Shown here: positions 1 through 13,923 of the stretch, one piece after another
Position numbering within the stretch: the first letter of the stretch is position 1
How the letters are laid out: every line of letters starts with the position of its first letter
The notes under the pieces: generated by a model
The model's input: the letters and a program-made list of their open reading frames with translations, nothing else
The model's database searches: none
Told to the model about the DNA's origin: nothing
From: the human T2T-CHM13v2.0 reference genome, Homo sapiens
Strand: one strand, 5' to 3'
DNA: 64,000 nt
Assembly (NCBI RefSeq): GCF_009914755.1
Contig: NC_060932.1
Translations under genes and position numbers: made by a program

Positions 1-725
1 TGAGGGGTGGGAGAGAGATGGGGTTGTAGTGGCTTGCAACCTAATCTAGTGTTTGGAGCCAGATCATGAAGAGACAGGTATACCAGGCTAATGGGTTTGG
101 ATTTTATCATGCAGGCAGTGGGCATTTAGGAAAGTTTCATAGCAGAGGGTGTGCCACGGTCATAGTTATGGTTTAGAAATCTTGCTCCATACTGGTTCTG
201 CAGGTAGGGGATTATATGGCTTGCCTTGCGGCAATTGTCAGAGTTGCCGTTTTTACATTCGTTGGGGTGATTATTTGATTAATACTTAATTGAGACCACA
301 GCACCATGAAAATAAGATCCATGTTTCGCTTTTTGCTCAGAACAGTCTCCCTCGCACCAAGCACAGTTCCTGGAACAGAGAAGAACTTCAGTGATGATTT
401 GGTGAATGAGTTAAACTACTGAATATTCATGTGGGCCACATAAGTGGTAATGAAGGCCCGAATCATGGCAGTACCAGTGACAGCAATTAAGAGGGAAGAC
501 GTTTTTGTTTGACATCTAAAAAAGAAAATCCTGGGTTGGCTCTAAGACAGGTGGCAGGAGAAAAGACAGGAGGACCTCAAGTTTCTAGGGTGGGTAATTA
601 AGGGAAGGGCAGTTATTAAATCAGCAGGGAAAGCAAGAGGAGGAGGACTGGGTTTTTTTCAAGAGCAGAAGATAAAAATTTGGTGTTGGATATGTATTAT
701 AGATGCCTGCAGGACATCCATGTGG
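1..725. mobile_element. Degenerate L2 (LINE2) fragments, with a + strand L2 3'-end piece near 250-420
   Basis: L2-like phrases GGAGCCAGATCATG...GGTTTGGATTTTATC and GCACAGTTCCTGGAACAGAG...GGTGAATGAG. Boundaries approximate. Confidence 0.6.
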
Positions 726-734
726 GCAGGAGGC

Positions 735-1275
<541 letters not shown>

Positions 1276-2399
1276 TCCCAGTTATGATCATAATCACTGC
1301 ACTGAATGTGATGCATCCCTCAGCAGAGCATGGGACAGGTCAAATCCAGATCACAGGTTTAATGCACAGGGGCCATCTGACTTGTCAAAACTACAGGTAA
1401 GTCTCCACTTTGGGCCAGCAGCCTCGAGAATGGGTATGACAGTAGAGTAGACTAGACTTATCATCAGAAATAGAAAAATGTCTCTAAGTCTTCTACTAAG
1501 AGTTACATATTCCAGCTTAAGCAGAATGAGAGATATTAATATGAGGGTTAGGAGGTGTGCTCTGTTGCTGATGATGTAAAAACAACTTATGCTCAAATAA
1601 ATATCTTCTCTTGACAGCCTCTGGAGTCTTTCTTCTTTTCTGAAAGCCAAACACAAACCCTTTTATCTTAATACACTCTTACTTCTAGAGTTGTCACTTT
1701 CTTTTTCAGCTTTCATCCAAGACTTCTCTCCTATACATTAGGCCCACGGATTCAATGCCTCATTCAAAGTCACACTAAGTCACTCCCATGCTATCTCCTG
1801 TAGCATCTGGGTTTTCCCTAGAAGACACTGACTCACTGAGCAACCATGAGCCAAAAACATCTTAGCATTTCGACTTCTGGTCAGTTCTAATGTTCTGTAG
1901 GAGTATGGTGGATAGAAACAGAACAATTCAGTTGATTGATTTCAAGATTTCTAAAACCAATAATCACAGTGACCCTGCCCTGATGGGGAGGTAGACTTGT
2001 TGGAGACAGTCTTCTGTTAGAGACTGGCTCCTGTCTTCAAAATGAGCCTTAAGCAAGGATTCCTTGCGGGATGGAAAAGTTGAGTTTCTGAGAACAATCA
2101 ATAGGGCTATATCTTTTGCCCATCTCAAGTTCTTTGATGTAATATAAAAGCAATAATGTGCCTGAGAATGAACTCATAAACAGTTATTCATTTTATAGCA
2201 TAATAAAAGTAGGGCAAGATAGAGTTGAGATTTAGGCAAAGAATTGGGCTGGCAGTTAGGAGATCTTGTTTTTCTTGCAAGGTTGCTCATGGTGTCATCT
2301 TTAGTGAATCACCAGGTGGCTCCTGGCCTCAGTTTTTCCACCAGTGAAACACAGAGTGGCATTGGACCATCAATAAACAAGTAAGGGTAACAATTGCAA

Positions 2400-2600
2400 T
2401 ATATGTGCAATTAACATGCCAGGCTCTATTCTCGATCTTGGGATAGATCCATGAATAGAACAGAAAAAAGTAATTCTTGTGTTCATAGAACTCAGATTCT
2501 AGTGAGGGAAGAGACAATAAACAAAACACACAATAAATAAGGAAATTGTATGTTGGAAGTTGATAGGTGCTGTTAAAACACACTGAACGGGTAAGGTGGA
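2400..2600 (-). mobile_element. L2 3' region fragment
   Basis: ATGCCAGGCTCTATTCT...CATAGAACTCAGATTCTAGTGAGGGAAGAGACAATAAACAA, a typical antisense L2 tail. Confidence 0.7.
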
Positions 2601-4479
2601 TTTGGATCATGAGAGTGGCTGAGGACTGCACTGGTTGCAGGCTTTGGAAAGGTCTGGGTTCTAACCTTGACTAGTAACTCCTTTCCCTCATTACAACAAA
2701 ATAATAGTACCCTCAGGTCACACAGGAATTGTAGGAGTTCAATGAAGTAAGGAAAGAAAAACCACTTGGCATGCAAATGTTACTATTATTATCCTTATTT
2801 TCTAATTCCAAATATCTTGACTCCAAAATCATGAATCTCAAATAACAAATACTGGAATGACAAAGGACAATATTATTTTAATATCACAAAGAAAACCAAA
2901 GATGTAGTTTTGGTCACATGGTTTGTTTAAGGATGGGGCCAATTACGTGAATAAGGGTGATATTTGCTGAAGCAGGAGTACCTCTAAGATTCCCATAGGA
3001 CAGACAGCCACAGGCTCTATTTTTAGTTCAAGGATTTACAAAAATGAAAAAAAGAAAATAAAACAAATAAAAGGGATTTATAAATTTTAAAACAAAGCTT
3101 TAAATTTTATATGTTCCAAGAAGCTTCCAGAGGCTGGCTTTTGGAGAATAAAGCACCTGAACAATAATCAGAAAAGGCAAAATTGCCTCCTTGGGATATT
3201 GATGTTAACAGATGTGACTTTTTCTGTTTCATGCCAGGAACAGAGCGCTTCTGGCAGAGGTGTGAATTTCAGTACATCACTGGCAGAATTGCTGACCTCT
3301 GTGGGAAATGTTTAAGTCCTTTGATGTAACTTATTGTTGAGCAAACAGTATTTCTGGCACTAAAAACGTTTTGGGTTTATATCTGTTTCCATCAATCTTT
3401 ATTCAATGACATTATCATTGCTCACCTATTACAGATATTTCTCAACTGGGAATTCATGAAAAGGGCAGAGAGTTGGAGAGAGTGTTTATTGAAATGACCA
3501 AAAGCTTTTGTTGCATCCTCTCCTGCCCTATGCTTATAGAGGTCATAAAATCACTCAGGGGATAAGACATTTTTTATTAGAAAATAGTAAAAGTAGTTCT
3601 CCCTAGACTTCTTCCTGTATTAAATGCTACACATCTTGAGGTTGGTACTACCAAAAAACTATGCCCCATTCATTCATTCATTTATTCCCCTTATGTTGAA
3701 TGTGTTATACATCTGTGCTATGTAGGCACAGGTGTAAAAAAGCTTACAACCCCAACGAGAGCCTTCTGCCTCTGAATACAATGCTGTTGTCTGGAAACTA
3801 AAAAAAGGCCACTCCATTAAGTTTGCAGAGGACGTGGCCTCACTTCCCAAATGCTGCCAGCAAAGTTGTGCTGCCAGGGTTTTTGGAGGCTGGCTCCTAG
3901 AAAGGATCTGGGAGTGATCTGCAAGGGGTGAGCTCTGTACCATGCTGGGGGCAGCAGGATCATTAAGTTCCTAACTGTTTGCAGGGGAATAGGGTTAATG
4001 GGCCAGAACCTTTCTGGAGCTTAGCGTTCAGGAGTTCAACTAAGTCTCCAAAAGAGCATGTTAAGCGATTTAGGGAAGTTGATTCAAACTCAGCAAAACT
4101 TTATCAAGGGCCTTCTAAAGAGCAAGTTGGGATCAGATGTGAAAAGGTGAGGATAAAACAGTCCCCCTTTTCAAAGAGCTTACAGTTCAATTCATATGCA
4201 GGGACAGGCCAAGCGCAGCGAGGATACTCAGCATATGACCTTGAACTTACAAAATCATCAAAGCAGCTCTCCAAGGACAGATAATGAGATTGAGGCTCAG
4301 AGATGGGAAGTAACTTGGCTAAGGATGCAGTGAATTACACCTGGTTCAGTCTCCAGAGCAGCTTCGATCACCTCCTCAGGCTCTGCAGGAACTGAGTCTC
4401 AAGATACAGAGCTGACTCAGCTAGACTTTCTGGGTCACAGAGATGCATATGTACACAGTAGGAAGACAAAAGGACTCAG

Positions 4480-4690
4480 GCACATTGAGCGCTTACTCTG
4501 TGTCAGGCACTGTCCGAAGTGCTGGTTCATACTAAGTGTTTTATATTTATTATATCATTTAATCCTCACAAACCATTTGTACACGAGGTACCAATGTTGT
4601 CCCCATTTAACACATGAGGACACTGAGGAATGAGGAAGCTAAGTTGCTAGCAAGAAATCATACACTCAATAACTCAGGATTAAAATTCTC
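4480..4690 (-). mobile_element. MIR
   Basis: CATTGAGCGCTTACTCTGTGTCAGGCACTGT...TCATTTAATCCTCACAAAC...CCCCATTTAACACATGAGGACACTGAGG. Confidence 0.8.
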
Positions 4691-4967
4691 ACCATCTGGA
4701 GACTATGCTACTCATATTACACTATTGCCTGGGACAAGATACTTCTTTCTGTGGCGTACTGAAGCCTCATACCAAACCCATATTTCAGCAATGAAATTTC
4801 TAGCAGAACATGGATAAGTAATTATGGTGTTAGTTCTAAACCAAAAGCATCAGATGGATCCTATCTTTATCAGAAAGTCAAGAAAATCCTCCTTTGATAG
4901 CAAGCTGGCTTCTCGTATATTTCTTTAACACTCACCCTGAAAGAACTTCTGTCCATCTGACTATCTG

Positions 4968-5340
4968 ACCACCCATCCATCCATCCATCAATTTATCCAA
5001 CTATTCAGCAAACATTTATGGAGGATTCCCTATATGCTGTGCACTTTGTAAGAAGCTGGTAATACAAAGATAAGTACATACATAGTCCTGCCCTGGAGAA
5101 AGTAATAATGAGGAGGTAGTATTGTAAAGAAAAATAATTAGAATCCAGTAAACTCTGTGTAGTAACTGAGATAGGAGCAAAGTTCCATGGGTGCACAGAG
5201 AAGGTACTAAGGCAGCTTGGGGGAGTCAAGAACTTCCAGAGGGGCCATCTGGCTAGGATGAGAGCTGCTTGGAAGAACATGGTAGCTTTGGATGTGTGTG
5301 TGTAGAAAACTGAGGAACAGTGAGAGGGTGTATAAGTAGA
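4968..5340 (-). mobile_element. L2 3' end with a short (CCAT)n tract
   Basis: CCATCCATCCATCCATC followed by ATTCAGCAAACATTTATGGAG...CTATATGCTGTGCACT. Confidence 0.65.
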
Positions 5341-5411
5341 ACATTCCATAAACCTTTGATAGCATCAGATGGGGTGGACACTGAACCAGGAATTAGAGGA
5401 CATAGGCTTTC

Positions 5412-5963
5412 AGGGCTACTATTCAACCTAGCAGTCCAATTACTGGGTATATACCTAGAAGAGTATAAATAATTCTGCCATAAAGACACATGTATGTGAA
5501 TGTTCACTGCAGCACAATTCACAATAGCAAGACATGGAATCAACCTAAATGCCCATCAATGGTAGGCTGGATAAAGAAAATGTGGTACATACACACCATG
5601 AAATACTGTGCTGCCATAAAACAGAATGAGATCATGTCTTTTGTGAGAACATAGATGGAGCTGGAGGCCATTATCCTTAGCAAACTGACGCAGGAACAGA
5701 AAAACAAATATCACATCTTCTCACTTATAAGTGTGAGCCAAATGATGAGAACTCGTGGACATAAAGAAGGGAACAACAGACATTGGGGCTTACTTGAGGG
5801 TGGAGGGTGGAAGGAGGGAAAGGAGCAGAAAAAATAACTATTGAGTACTAGGCTTAGTACCTAGATGATGAAATAATCTACATAACAAACCCTCATGACC
5901 GAGTGTACCTATGTAACAAACCTGCACATGTACCCAGAAGCCTAAAATGAGAGTTAAAAAAAA
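5412..5963 (+). mobile_element. 5'-truncated L1 (L1PA13-16-like): end of ORF2, 3'UTR and poly(A)
   Basis: ORF2 C-terminal peptide MELEAIILSKLTQEQKNKYHIFSLIS and 3'UTR TAACAAACCTGCACATGTACCC. Degenerate TSD AGAGGACATAGGCTTTC (5395-5411) / AGATGACATGGGTTTTC (5964-5980). Confidence 0.92.
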
Positions 5964-6247
5964 AGATGACATGGGTTTTCTTACTTGGCCTGGTATAACA
6001 TGGAATATGATACTGGGTAAGTCACTTTCCTCATTGCTTAGACAAGAATATTGTTATGTGGTTTACTTCTTACTCATAGGGATGTGATTGAACATGTTAT
6101 AGAGCTTGAAGAATATTTAACTAATACAAAATGTTATGATTACCTGTGATCCTATCTTCCCCATTCCCCAAATGTACCTCACCACACAAAAGCAGATCTC
6201 AACCTTAAGAGAAAGCGAAGTGACCCATGACTAAGAATAAGACTTAG

Positions 6248-7758
6248 ACATAGCCAAAGCAAGACTAAGCAAAAATAACAAATCTGGAGACATCACACTA
6301 CCTGATTTCAAACTATACTACAAGGCCATTGTCACCAAAACATTATGTTACTGGTATAAAAATAGGCACATAGACCAATGGTACAGAATAGAGAACTCAG
6401 AAATAAACCCAAATGCTTATAGGCAACTGATCTTTGACAAAGCAAACAAAAATGCAAAGTGAGGAAAGGACACCCTTTTCAACAAATGGTACTCAGATAA
6501 GTGGTTAGCCACATGTAGGAGAATGAAACTGGATCCTCATCTCTCACCTTATATAAAAATCAACTCAAGATGGATTAAAGACTTAAACCTAAGACCTGAA
6601 GCTAAAAATTCTAGAAAATAACATGGAAAAACCCTTGTGGATATTGGCTTGGGCAAGGATTTCATGACCAAGAACCCACAAGCAAATGCAATGAAAACAA
6701 AGATAAATAGCTGGGACCTAGTTAAACTAAAGAGCTTTTCCATGGCAAAAGGAACAGTCGGCAGAGTAAACAGAAAACCCACAGAGTAGGAGAAGATCTT
6801 CACAATCTATACATCTGACAAAGGACTAATATTCAGGATTTACAACAAACTCAAACAAGTCAGTAAGAAAAAGAAAAACAAACAATTCCATCAAAAAGTG
6901 GGCTAAGGACATGAATAGACAATTCTCAAAAGAAGATACACAAATGGCCAATAAACATATGAAAAAATGCTCAACATTACTCATGATCAGGGAAATGCAA
7001 ATCAAAACCACAATGCAATACCACCTTACTCTTGCAAGAATGGCCATAATCAAAAAATCAAAAAAACAGTAGATGTTGGCTTGGATGCAGTGATCAGGGA
7101 ACACTTCTACACTGCTGGTGGGAATGTAAACTAGTACAGCCATTCTGGAAAACAGTGTGGAGCTTCCTTAAAGAACTAAAAATAGAACTACTATTTGATC
7201 CAGCAATCCCACTACTGGGTATCTACCCAGAGGAAAAAAAGTCATTATTCGAAAAAGATACTTGCATATGCATGTTTATAGCAGCACAATTCACAATTGC
7301 TAAATCGCGGAACAAATACAAATGCCCATCAGTCAATGAGTGGATAAGGAAACTGTGGTACATATGTACGGTGGAATACTACTCTGCCATAAAAAGGAAT
7401 TAATTAACAGCATTTGCGGTGACCTGAATGAGACTGGAGACTATTATTCTAAGTGAAGTATGGAAATGGAAAACCAAACATCGTATATTCTCACTGATAT
7501 GTGGGAGCTAAGCTATGAGAACGCAAAGGCATAAGAATGATGCAATGGACTTTAGGGACTTGAAGGGAAGAGTGGGAGGGGGGCGAGGGATAAAAGACTA
7601 CAAATATGGTGCAGTGTATACTGCTTGGGTGATGGGTGCGCCAAAATCACAAATCACCACCAAATAACTTACTCATGTAACCAAATACCACCTGTACCCA
7701 AATAACTTATGTAAAAATAAAATAATAAAAATTTAAAAATATATAAATAAATAAAAAT
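6248..7758 (+). mobile_element. 5'-truncated L1 (L1PB1-like), disrupted ORF2 3' part plus 3'UTR
   Basis: ORF2 peptide [17 protein letters not shown]. 3'UTR GGTGCAGTGTATACTGCTTGGGTGATGGGTG...ACTTACTCATGTAACCAAATACCACCTGTACCC. A-rich tail. TSD core AAGACTTAG at 6239-6247 and 7812-7820. Confidence 0.95.
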
Positions 7759-8569
7759 ATCAAACTTATTTATCTTGCCTTTGCAAGATAAACAGCAATA
7801 AAAAAAGAAAGAAGACTTAGGAAAATTGTATCTCCTGTACAATGTCTAGAATTCTTTCTCCCTGACTTATTTACATGCTCCCCCAAGTCCACAGTATACC
7901 TTATTACTAACTAATGCGCACTTTGTTTTACGTTTAGCCTTCTCTCCTTCTCCTTTCTAACTTCACTATGGACATTGAGACCTGCTTTTCCCACTTCATC
8001 AAACACTATTTTCATTATTTTGGCTCCTATGGTGTTGACTATAATGAAAAAGGCTGAAAATCTACAACAAACTCCAGGAACTCAATGAGTTAATGTGGGC
8101 TGGGCTCTGACTCTCAACTAAGCATGTCAGGATGAAAAGCATTCAGGAAACAAACTCCCATACTCTCTCTCCAGTCTCCCCCTTCATTACAGACACTCTC
8201 ACATAGAGTTCCCCTATAAGAAGACTTCCCCGGAATGAGAGGCCACACACGGCTGCCCTACCAGGGCCAGTAATGAGTGCCATCCGAAGTTCAGAGCTGG
8301 AGCCCAATTATCTACATTTATTGCATCAGAGGCTTCAACCCTTATGAGTTCTGGGGTGCAGAAATACAACACCTCCTCCTGGGATGTGATCTGTCTATGA
8401 GAGAAGAAATATGAATCTGCCATGTGGAAAAGGATTAAAAAAAAGAAAACTGAGGGTTACTGGCCTGGAAGAGAGGTATTTTGTGATGGTTGCCTTGACA
8501 TCCCTGAAAAGCTGCCAAGGAGAAGGAGGAGAGGGAGTAAAAGGAGTAGGAGGGTAACAATGATAATAG

Positions 8570-8775
8570 GAGCCAACGTTTAATGAGGGCTTGCTGTGGG
8601 CCAGGCACCATGCTAAGCGTTTCACTTGAAATTCTCCTCCAGTGCTCACAATAAACCTGTGACATAGATACTATTCTTGTCACAATTTTAGATATGAGGA
8701 TTAAACAGGCTAAATGGCTTGCCCAAGGTGTAGAGCTAATCAGATATTGAAGCGGGATTCTATCCCAGACAGAAC
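8570..8775 (-). mobile_element. MIR
   Basis: TGTGGGCCAGGCACCATGCTAAGCGTTTCAC...TTTAGATATGAGG...AAATGGCTTGCCCAAGG. Confidence 0.8.
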
Positions 8776-9049
8776 CAGACAGAAATATTGGACTCATGGT
8801 TTTCTAGACTGGCTACACATCAGGATCATTTAGGAGAGCTATTCCAACTACTGATTCCTAAACAATCCAGAGGACATATGAAATCAGAATTGCTAGAGAA
8901 GCTTCCTGGATAATGACGTTTCTTGGAAGCTTCCCTGGTGGGTCTGATGTATGCAGTCAGGTTTGAGCTCCTTTGGAGAACACACAATTTGTGTGACCTA
9001 TAGGGACAGAAGGACAAGTTGAGACTGGAGAACTACTCTACATTCTACA

Positions 9050-9520
9050 ATCAGAGGTTTCACCGAGAAAAATGCATTTATACTGAAAACTGAATGGCAA
9101 CAAGGAATCAGCCCAAGAAAGAATTGGGGGCAGAGGGCTCCAGGCAGAGAAAATAGCAAGTGGAAAGGCCCTGGAGTGCAAATAAACTTGAGGTATTCAA
9201 GAAAGGAAAGAAGGCTGGTGTGCCTGCAGCACAGTGAGCGAGCGGGAGAGTGGCTGAGACCAAATCAGAGGGGCAGGAAGGAACCCAATCGAGTGGGCTT
9301 GTGGGTGACGACAAAAAATTTGGATTTTATTCCAAGTGCAATGGAAAGCCAGTGTGGGGTTTTAAGCAGGGAAGTGATGACTTTTGATTCACAATTTAAA
9401 AAGATAATCTTAGGTTCAGACTTATTATAAGAGGGCAACAGTGAAAGCAAGGAGCACAATTAGAAGGTTATTAATAATAAGGCAGCAATCCAGGCAGGGA
9501 AGAGGGTGGACTGAGCCACA
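9050..9520 (-). mobile_element. L2 fragment
   Basis: CCAGGCAGAGAAAATAGCAAGTGGAAAGGCCCTGGAG...TTTGGATTTTATTCCAAGTGCAATGGAAAGCCA...GCAATCCAGGCAGG. Confidence 0.8.
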
Positions 9521-10140
9521 GCAGTAATTTCCTTCTCTGAGTTGTTATGGGGAATAAGTGAAATAACATAAATGCACCCAGGACAATGCCTGGCACAGAG
9601 TAGATGATAAAATATTTGAATTTCTTTCTTTCAACTCTGTGCTACAGCAGGGAGCCAGGCTTTAGATCAAAGGAAGAAAGGAGTTTCCTAGAGTCAGGGC
9701 TGACCTAAGATGGCAGGTGCTAACTCTGGGAGTGATGCACTTCCTAGGAAGGGGGAACTGACAGATCACTTGGCAAGCATAATAAAACCATGGTTATGTT
9801 CAGGTCACTTCTAATCTCAATAACCTATGATTTCCAATAATTCATTCATTCGACCCATATTCATTGAACAGAACCTATATCCTGGGTATTGTGCCAGGCA
9901 CTGTCATTCAACTAGTGAACAATAAAAGTGGCTAAGGAAATTGAGATTTTTACTGCCTGTCTGACCTTTGGTAGTTTGCAGTTCTTTATTCAAAGCAGTT
10001 GTGAGAATACAGTCCTATATCACAGCTTGGAGTATATTAAGGTGATGTTTTATGCCCTAAGTTTTTTAAAACTCTTTATTGATTTATTTAGCAACTATTT
10101 ATTATTTGGCTATTGTGTGTTAGGCACTGAGGATAGAAGG

Positions 10141-10565
10141 ATGTAGGAAAGAGGCTACCTGTCCACCAAAATTTATGATCCTCCTTCTGCATACCTGTTA
10201 CTAGGAGTAGTTGCCAGATGCTACATGCCCCAGCATCGCTTGCAATTTGGTATGGCCATGTGATTGAGTTCTTGCCATGAGAACGTGGTGTGAACAACAG
10301 TGATGTACACACTTCTAGTACTGGTCTAAAAAAAAAAAAGCCTTCTGCAAGGCACTCCTTCATACTCTTTTACTTTCCAGCTGGATTGAATGGAGAAGTC
10401 TTTAGGAAGACTTTGAAAGCCACTTATTGATGATGGCAGAAGTTCAGACCATCCTGCCTATCTGTTCACTTGCCTCGTAATGTTATCTGTGCAAGAAATA
10501 AAAGTATAGTGTATTGGAGCTTTCATATATCTTTTTGGTCCCTCTGTTATAGCATTTACCCCACT
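10141..10565 (+). mobile_element. MLT1-type (ERVL-MaLR) solo LTR nested in an L2
   Basis: CCCAGCATCGCTTGCAATTTGGTATGGCCATGTGATTGAGTTCTTGCCA and a 3' AATAAA...TGTTATAGCA. Antisense L2 sequence flanks it (~10075-10140 and ~10570-10940). Confidence 0.75.
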
Positions 10566-11849
10566 GTTCTACATGAGGAGGATAAGACAGGCCTCCTCCT
10601 GAGTCTCAGAGCTGGTAGTTGTGTTCAGGAGACCATTTACTTAAAATCAAGGTTGTGATTAGATGAGATAAGCTTAAGCTCCCCATAGAAACACATAACA
10701 GGGGCATCTAAATCATCCTGGGGGATCAGAGGGATGTTGCCCAAGTTGCAACCTAGAGGGTAAACTGGAGTTTACCAGAAGGGGAGAGAGGAAATGTATT
10801 CCCATTAGAGGATCAGCAGAAGTAAAGCCCAGGGCAAGAAAGAACATGGGGTATTTGAGGACATGGAACAGGTTCAGCTGGGCTGAAGTGAGGGTAGAGG
10901 GCAAAGTTGGGGAATGGTAAGGGAGATTGTTGGAGGGTAATAGCATCTGCTATATCAGCAGAGGAAAAGAGTTCTCATGTCCTTATTAGAACACCAGGCT
11001 GAGAGTCTCCAGCTTTAGCAGAGTTAACACCTTCCCAGACAGATGCACTGTTCTGCATAGCTCCTTTCCTCCTGCAAGTGAAGGGCCAGCGTGTGCATGT
11101 GCACGTGTGTGTGTGTATGTGTGTGGTGTGCTGAGGGTGAGAAAGGGAGGCAAAGAGAAAGGGGAGGAAGGTTGATTCAGTTATTCTTGACCTGAGTCAC
11201 ATCAGAAAGCCAACAGAGGGTGTAGGCTCTCAGGGTGTTGCCAGCCTTGCAGGATGAAGGCTGTGGCGCCGGGAGATTTGTGCAGTGGGACCACCAGCTT
11301 TGGCAGGTTTAACAGAAATGAACGGTACCAGCCCAATTCCAGCTTAAATAGACAATATTGAAACTCTGCCAGAAAGAATCTGAGCAATATTTTGCAAACT
11401 TTAATAACAGCTCAGAGAAACCGATCAGAGCATTTGGCTTCACAGTGCGTTATTGCTCAGCTGGACCCATGTAATAGCAGAGAGGAATGAATCTATTTTT
11501 TTTCCATTTCCAGAGAATAATATTTTTCTTCCTCCCAAACTGTGAGGAATTCAGTGAAGTCTCAATGTATTTGTCTTGTTTCTTATTTCAACTTCTCGAT
11601 AAATCCCCCAAAGGGTTTTGGCACCCACAGTTAAGGCAGTCAGTTTACTGCCTGAAATATCTTCTCCTATTGGAAATTATATTTCTAGAAACTGTAACTT
11701 TCTTTGGCTGAGACTTTAATTTGTGGCTTTGATGTCCCACATGCAAGGCACTGACCATGACAATTAGGTAGGTTTTTGGATATGCTGAGCAGTGGAGAGT
11801 TCCATATATTATTTGGAATTCAAGAGTAATTGACATCTTCCCGGACCTC

Positions 11850-12070
11850 TGTAGTAGAAAGAAGATAGTTTTGGAACCTGAAATGGGATAAAATCTCAGG
11901 TCTACCTCTTATGAACTGGGTAACTTAAAAGAAGTGGTTTAAGCACTATGGGCCTCAGTTTTCTCTCACCTGTAAAATGAGGACATTCCTGAGCTCCCAG
12001 GTAGATTATATAAAATAAAGGGTATCAAGTGCTTGGGATAGTGTCTGGCTTTTAGGAGAATCCCATCCAA
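11850..12070 (+). mobile_element. MIR
   Basis: GGGCCTCAGTTTTCTCTCACCTGTAAAATGAGGAC core. Confidence 0.75.
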
Positions 12071-12889
12071 TGGCATCTCCTTGCCTTCTCTTCCTTTCCC
12101 TAAAGGCTGGGAAAAGAGGTTGTGAAGCCCCAGATGGCAGCACAAGGTATTATTTCTAGGTTAGCATATGAACTCCTCACTCCCAGTCTGGAGAACAGGA
12201 AAGGCCCACATAGCACTTTTATCATTCTGGTAAAACAGCTGGGTTAGGGAATCATGTAGATTTTTGAAATGGTAAGTTGTTTCCCATGAGAACAGGGGTC
12301 TCTGACGAGTCCAAAGGATGGGGTAGCTCCACTCAAATGGCAGCCTTCAAAAACAGAGGTTGCCAGCTAGTTGTGAGTAGAACTGGTTCCCACAGTAGAG
12401 CTGCTCAAGTTTGGCTCACCTTTGGGACAAATGAAGTGGTTTGGCCTCACTTTGGGAGTAATGTTAAAGGAAAGATGAACTGAGATCTTTTTATCTTAGA
12501 GAATTGTTTTCCAAAGAAAGACAAACTAGAAAAACTATGGCAAGGCAGAAATTAGGGGAGAATTATTTTCCTTTAGATAAGACTGGTGGTTTCTCGATGT
12601 TTTTTGGTGAAGACTACATGAAAAAGATTAAAACACTCTTTCTCATTTGTCAGTCTCTGCTTGGATTCTACCTCCCTAAAAGGCCTTCCTTGACTACTTT
12701 TCTCCTTGAAGAAGGCATTGTCTATTTCCTAACTTTGCTTTATGTTTGTCATAATATTTATCATCATCTGAAATTACACATACTGATTTGGTTTTGCATT
12801 TAGAACTTGTCTTCCCCAGTGGAATGTACTCAGCTACTGCATCTCACTTGCTGCTGTCTTCCTGATGTGGCATTTAAGTAATATTTATT

Positions 12890-13159
12890 CACTTTGGGAG
12901 GCTAAGGTGGATGGATCACTTGAGGTCAGGAGTTCAAGACTTGCCTGGCCAACATGGTGAAACCCCGTCTCTACTGAACAATACAAAAATTAGCCAGGCA
13001 TGGTGGCAGGTGGCTATAGTCCCAGCTACTTGGGAGGCTGAGGTAGGAGAATCACTTGAACCCAGGAGACAGAGGTTGCCGTGAGACAAGATCATGCCAC
13101 TGTACTCCCACCTAGGTGACAGAGTAAGACTCCATCTCAAAAAAAAAAAAAAAAAAAAA
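12890..13159 (+). mobile_element. AluS (Sx/Sz-like), 5'-truncated by ~30 nt, inserted in an L2 tail
   Basis: Starts at CACTTTGGGAGG and ends in ~21 A. Degenerate TSD AAGTAATATTTATT (12876-12889) / AAGAAATACTTATT (13158-13171). Confidence 0.96.
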
Positions 13160-13648
13160 GAAATACTTATTGAAGGAAGCAATAAATAATACAAATTATA
13201 TATAGTCATTATTTTTTGTTGTTTTTTAGAGATAAGTAAGTCATAATAAAATTTAATTATTTCTATAAAATGAAACATTAAAAATGAATAATTTCTTAGC
13301 AGCTATGGCCAAGTTTTTTGGATTTCTAAATATTTTTAGAAGCAGAATTGATTTTTATCCACTTTTTCTTACATAAATACTCTCAAAATGTTCATTGTTT
13401 GGCTGATGCATTCCAAGTTATGTTTAGGTAAGTATGTTACATTTTAGAATTTTTATCCACTTCTTGGTAATCAGAAGGTATAATCCAAATAAACTGTCAA
13501 TTCTATTGTCATTTTTCTTGAAATCTGCTCTGTTGTTTCAGATGTGTAAACCTCAAACCTCAAATTTAGGGTAAGATGCCATTCTCAGTCCATTAACAAA
13601 TAACATACATTTATATGGTCTTTAAATACATATGATTATTATAAGTCT

Positions 13649-13923
<275 letters not shown>

